This document shows positions 58,601 to 64,000 of a DNA stretch of 64,000 nucleotides, piece by piece. The stretch's first letter is position 1. Every line of letters starts with the position of its first letter. The stretch lies in NCBI RefSeq assembly GCF_009914755.1, contig NC_060925.1, one strand, 5' to 3'. This stretch comes from the human T2T-CHM13v2.0 reference genome, Homo sapiens. The translations under genes were made by a program, and so were the position numbers. The notes beneath the pieces are model-generated. The model saw only the letters and a program-made list of their open reading frames with translations. It ran no database searches and was not told where the DNA came from.

Positions 58601-61600
58601 ACGGAATCGAATGGAATCATCATCGGATGGAAATGAATGGAATCATCATCGAATGGAATCGAATAGAATTATGGAATGAAATCCAGTGTGATCATCATCG
58701 AATGGACAAGAATGGAATCATCATCCAACGGAAGCTAATGGAATCAACATCGAATGAATCAAATGGAAACACCATCGAATTGAAACGAATGGGATTACCA
58801 TGAAATTGAAATGGATGGACTCATCATCGAATGGATTCGAATGGAATCATCGAATAAAATTGATTGAAATCATCATCGAATGGAATCGAATGGTATCATT
58901 GAATGGAATCGAATGGAATCATCATCAGATGGAAATGAATGGAATCGTCATAGAATGGAATCGAATGGATTCATTGAATGGAATCAGATGGAATCATCGA
59001 ATGGACTGGAATGGAATCATTGAATGGACTCGAAAGGGATCATTATTGAATGGAATTGAATGGAATCATCGAATGGTCTCGATTGGAATCATTATCAAAT
59101 GGAATCGAATGGAATCACCGAATAGAATCGAATGGAACAATCATCGAATGGACTCAAATGGAATTATCCTCAAATGGAATCGAATGGAATTATTGAATGC
59201 AATCGAATGGAATTATCGAATGCAATCGAATAGAATCATCGAATGGACTCGAATGGAATCATCGAATGGAGTGGAATGGAACAGTCAATGAACTCGAATG
59301 GAATCATCATTGAATGGAATCGAATGGAATCATCGAGTGGAATCGAATGGAATTATGATCAAATGGAATCGAATGTAATCATCATCAAATGGAATCAAAA
59401 ATAACCATCATCAATTGGTATTGAATGGAATTCTCATCAAATGGAATTCAAAGGAATCATCATCAAATGGAACCGAATGGAATCCTCATTGAATGGAAAT
59501 GAAAGGGGTCATCATCTAATGGAATCGCATGGAATCATCATCAAATTGAATCGAATGGAATCATCATCAAATGGAATCTAATGGAATCATTGAACAGAAT
59601 TGAATGGAATCGTCATCGAATGAATTGAATGCAATCATCGAATGGTCTCGAATGGAATCATCTTCTAATGGAAAGGAATGGAATCATCGCATAGAAACGA
59701 ATGGAATTATCATCGAATGGAATCGAATGGTATCAACACCAAACGGAAAAAAACGGAATTATCGAATGGAATCGAAGAGAATCTTCGAACGGACCCGAAT
59801 GGAATCATCTAATGGAATGGAATGGAATAATCCATGGACTCGAATGCAATGATCATCGAATGGAATCCAATGGAATCATCGAATGGACTCGAATGGAATA
59901 ATCATTGAACGGAATCGAATGGAATCATCATCGGATGGAAACGAATGGAATCATCATCGAATGGAATCGAATAGAATTATGGAATGAAATCCAGTGTGAT
60001 CATCATCGAATGGACCCGAATGGAATCATCATCCAACGGAAGCTAATGGAATCAACATCGAATGAATCAAATGGAAACACCATCGAATTGAAACGAATGG
60101 AATTACCATGAAATTGAAATGGATGGACTCATCATCAAATGGATTCGAATGGAATCATCGAATAAAATTGATTGAAATCATCATCGAATGGAATCGAATG
60201 GTATCATTGAATGGAATCGAATGGAATCATCATCAGATGGAAATGAATGGAATCGTCATAGAATGGAATCGAATGGATTCATTGAATGGAATCAGATGGA
60301 ATCATTGAATGGACTGGAATGGAATCATTGAATGGACTCGAAAGGGATCATTATTGAATGGAATTGAATGGAATCATCGAATGGTCTCGATTGGAATCAT
60401 TATCAAATGGAATCGAATGGAATCACCGAATAGAATCGAATGGAACAATCATCGAATGGACTCAAATGGAATTATCCTCCAATGGAATCGAATGGAATTA
60501 TCGAATGCAATCGAATGGAATTATCGAATGCAATCGAATAGAATCATCGAATGGACTCGAATGGAATCATCGAATGGAATGGAATGGAACAGTCAATGAA
60601 CTCGAATGGAATCATCATTGAATGGAATCGAATGGAATCATCGAGTGGAATCGAAAGGAATTATGACCAAATGGAATCGAATGTAATCATCATCAAATGG
60701 AATCAAAAATAACCATCATGAATTGGTATTGAATGGAATTGTCATCAAATGGAATTCAAAGGAATCATCATCAAATGGAACCGAATGGAATCCTCATTGA
60801 ATGGAAATGAAAGGGGTCATCATCTAATGGAATCGCATGGAATCATCATCAAATGGAATCGAATGGAATCAACATCAAAAGGAATCAAATGGAATCATTG
60901 AACGGAATTGAATGGAATCATCATCGAATGAATTGAATGCAATCATCGAATGGTCTCGAATGAAATCATCTTCAAATGGAATGGAATGGAATCATCGCAT
61001 AGAATCGAATGGAATTATCATCGAATGGAATCGAATGGTATCAACATCAAACGGAAAAAAACGGAATTATCGAATGGAATCGAAGAGAATCCTCGAACGG
61101 ACCCGAATGGAATCATCTAATGGAATGGAATGGAATAATCCATGGAGTCGAATGCAATCATCATCGAATGGAATCGAATGGAATCATCGAATGGACTCGA
61201 ATGGAATAATCATTGAACGGAATCGAATGGAATCATCTTCGGATGTAAAAGAATGGAATCATCATGGAATGGAAATGAGAGGAATCATCATCTAATGGAA
61301 TTGCATGGAATCATCATAAAATGGAATCGAATGGAATCAACATCAAATGGAATCAAATGTAATCATTGAACGGAATTGAATGGAATCGTCATCGAATGAA
61401 TTGAATGAAATCATCGAATGGTCTCGAATGGAATCATCTTCAAATGGAATGGAATGGAATCATCGCATAGAATCGAATGGAATTATCATCGAATGGAATC
61501 GAATGGAATCAACATCAAACGGAAAAAAACGGAATTATCGAATGGAATCGAAGAGAATCATCGAATGGACCCGAATGGAATCATCTAATGGAATGGAATG

Positions 61601-64000
61601 GAATAATCCGTGGACTCGAATGCAATCATCATCGAATGGAATCGAATGGAATCATCGAATGGACTCGAATGGAATAAACATTGAACGGAATCGAATTGAA
61701 TCATCATCGGATGGAAATGAATGGAATCATCATCGAATGGAATCGAATAGAATTATGGAATGAAATCCAGTGTGATCATCATCGAATGGACCCGAATGGA
61801 ATCATCATCCATCGGAAGCAAATGGAAGCAACATCGAATGAATCGAATGGAAACACCATCGAATTGAAACGAATGGAATTATCATGAAATTGAAATGGAT
61901 GGACTCATCATCGAATGGATTCGAATGGAATCATCGAATAAAATTGATTGAAATCATCATCAAATGGAATCGAATGGTATCATTGAATGGAATCGAATGG
62001 AATCATCATCAGATGGAAATGAATGGAATCGTCATAGAATGGAATCGAATGGATTCATTGAATGGAATCAGATGGAATCATCGAATGGACTGGAATGGAA
62101 TCATTGAATGGACTCGAAAGGGATCATTATTGAATGGAATTGAATGGAATCATCGAATGGTCTCGATTGGAATCATTATCAAATGGAATCGAATGGAATC
62201 ACCGAATAGAATCGAATGGAACAATCATCGAATGGACTCAAATGGAATTATCCTCCAATGGAATCGAATGGAATTATTGAATACAATCGAATGGAATTAT
62301 CGAATGCAATCGAATAGAATCATCGAATGGACTCGAATGGAATCATCGAATGGAATGGAATGGAACAGTCAATGAACTCGAATGGAATCATCATTGAATG
62401 GAATCGAATGGAATCATCGAGTGGAATCGAAAGGAATTATGACTAAATGGAATCGAATGTAATCATCATCAAATGGAATCAAAAATAACCATCATGAATT
62501 GGTATTGAATGGAATTGTCATCAAATGGAATTCAAAGGAATCATCATCAAATGGAACCGAATGGAATCCTCATTGAATGGAAATGAAAGGGGTTATCATC
62601 TAATGGAATCGCATGGAATCATCATCAAATGGAATCGAATGGAATCATCATCAAATGGAATCTAATGGAATCATTGAAAAGAATTGAATGGAATCGTCAT
62701 CGAATGAATTGAATGCAATCATCGAATGGTCTCGAATGGAATCATCTTCTAATGGAAAGGAATGGAATCATCGCATAGAATCGAATGGAATTATCATCGA
62801 ATGGAATCGAATGGTATCAACACCAAACGGAAAAAAACGGAATTATCGAATGGAATCGAAGAGAATCTTCGAACGGACCCGAATGGAATCATCTAATGGA
62901 ATGGAATGGAATAATCCATGGACTCGAATGCAATCATCATCGAATGGAATCGAATGGAATCATCGAATGGACTCGAATGGAATAATCATTGAACGGAATC
63001 GAATGGAATCATCATCGGATGGAAACGAATGGAATCATCATCGAATGGAAATGAAAGGAGTCATCATCTAATGGAATTGCATGGAATCATCATCAAATGG
63101 AATCGAATGGAATCAACATCAAATGGAATCAAATGGAATCATTGAACGGAATTGAATGGAATCGTCATCGAATGAATTGACTGCAATCATCGAATGGTCT
63201 CGAATGGAATCATCTTCAAATGGAATGGAATGGAATCATCGCATAGAATCGAATGGAATTATCATCGAATGGAATCGAATGGAATCAACATCAAACGGAA
63301 AAAAACGGAATTATCGAATGGAATCGAAGAGAATCATCGAATGGACCCGAATGGAATCATCTAATGGAATGGAATGGAATAATCCATGGACTCGAATGCA
63401 ATCATCACCGAATGGAATCGAATGGAATCATCGAATGGACTCGAATGGAATAATCATTGAACGGAATCGAATGGAATCATCATCGGATGGAAATGAAAGG
63501 AGTCATCATCTAATGGAATTGCATGGAATCATCATAAAATGGAATCGAATGGAATCAACATCAAATGGAATCAAATGGAATCATTGAACGGAATTGAATG
63601 GAATCGTCATCGAATGAATTGAATGCAATCATCGAATGGTCTCGAATGGAATCATCTTCAAATGGAATGGAATGGAATGGAATCATCGCATAGAATCGAA
63701 TGGAATTATCATCGAATGGAATCGAATGGAATCAACATCAAACGGAAAAATACGGAATTATCGAATGGAATCGAAGAGAATCATCGAATGGACCCGAATG
63801 GAATCATCTAATGGAATGGAATGGAATAATCCATGGACTCGAATGCAATCATCATCGAATGGAATCGAATGGAATCATCGAATGGACTCGTATGGAATAA
63901 TCATTGAACGGAATCAAATGGAATCGTCATCGGATGGAAATGAATGGAATCATCATCGAATGGAATCGAATAGAATTATGGAATGAAATCCAGTGTGATC
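31729..64000. repeat. Imperfect four-unit higher-order repeat (~7.1 kb) of distinguishable unit types P-K-T-Q
   Basis: Unit types recur in the same order: P (GATGGACCC, GGTGTCATTGAATGGGATCG), K (GGACAAGAA), T (1308-bp, GGAAACGAA exit) and Q (GAAACGCC, ATTACAATG). 31729 to 38838 = 7109 bp and 49941 to 57024 = 7083 bp. Confidence 0.82.
39690..43170. repeat. Single-unit (1776 bp) tandem duplication of a K-type unit
   Basis: Paired landmarks at 39739/41515, 40110/41886, 40614/42390 and 40860/42636. ACAAG occurs at 40520 and 42296. Confidence 0.9.

Larger units (their letters stand above)
1..64000. repeat. Human satellite 2 (HSat2/HSATII) pericentromeric tandem array, GGAAT-rich strand, ~1.78-kb unit (1q12-like)
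   Basis: Every line consists of diverged GGAAT/CGAAT pentamers with ATC triplets (GAATGGAATCATCATCGAATGGAATC). This is the reverse complement of the CATTCGATTC-type HSat2 motif, with dense TCGA (CpG) sites, unlike simple (GGAAT)n HSat3. The landmark CCAGTGTGATC recurs 36 times from 920 to 63990 (one variant, CCACTGTG, at 51600). The modal spacing is 1776 bp (14 of 34 intervals between the 'MKLKWMD' ORF starts). Confidence 0.97.

Noticed and set aside
41-63986. About 300 short ORFs (60-170 aa; MESSSNGIEWNHR-type), nearly all on the + strand
   Set aside because: They are low-complexity translations of the GGAAT/ATC repeat. They overlap in several frames and are freely broken by stops and frameshifts between copies. 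There is no domain or gene structure, and ATG is simply part of the monomer.
1-64000. CRISPR-like array (23-26 bp repeats)
   Set aside because: Monomers are directly adjacent and diverged, with no unique spacers, leader or cas genes.
1-64000. HSat3, telomeric repeat or alpha satellite identity
   Set aside because: Pure (GGAAT)n runs are only 3-4 copies long. I saw no TTAGGG tracts and no 171-bp monomer. The CpG-rich 23/26-bp monomers indicate HSat2.
1-64000. Embedded transposon, unique island or inversion breakpoint
   Set aside because: Reading through, I found no non-satellite stretch, poly-A tail, target-site duplication or CATTC-strand segment. All landmark intervals are accounted for by satellite modules.

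Overview
The whole 64 kb is one uninterrupted, single-orientation array of classical human satellite 2 (HSat2/HSATII), read on the GGAAT strand. It is built from diverged 23-bp and 26-bp monomers (ATGGAATCATC[ATC]GAATGGAATCGA) arranged in a ~1.78-kb unit. That period matches the 1.77-kb HSat2 described for the human chromosome 1q12 pericentromere; the chromosome assignment is an inference. I see no credible genes, RNA genes, transposons or CRISPR array, and the ~300 listed ORFs are translations of the repeat. I found no evidence for a novel gene system. The interest is structural. Unit length follows 840 + n x 468 bp (1308/1776/2244/2712). There are recent tandem duplications of 4592, 3699, 3994, 4860 and 1776 bp. 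A ~7.1-kb four-unit higher-order repeat emerges in the right half. Several recombination or gene-conversion junctions have both parental haplotypes visible in the window. All distances were read by hand from landmark motifs and ORF-track coordinates, and block boundaries are approximate.
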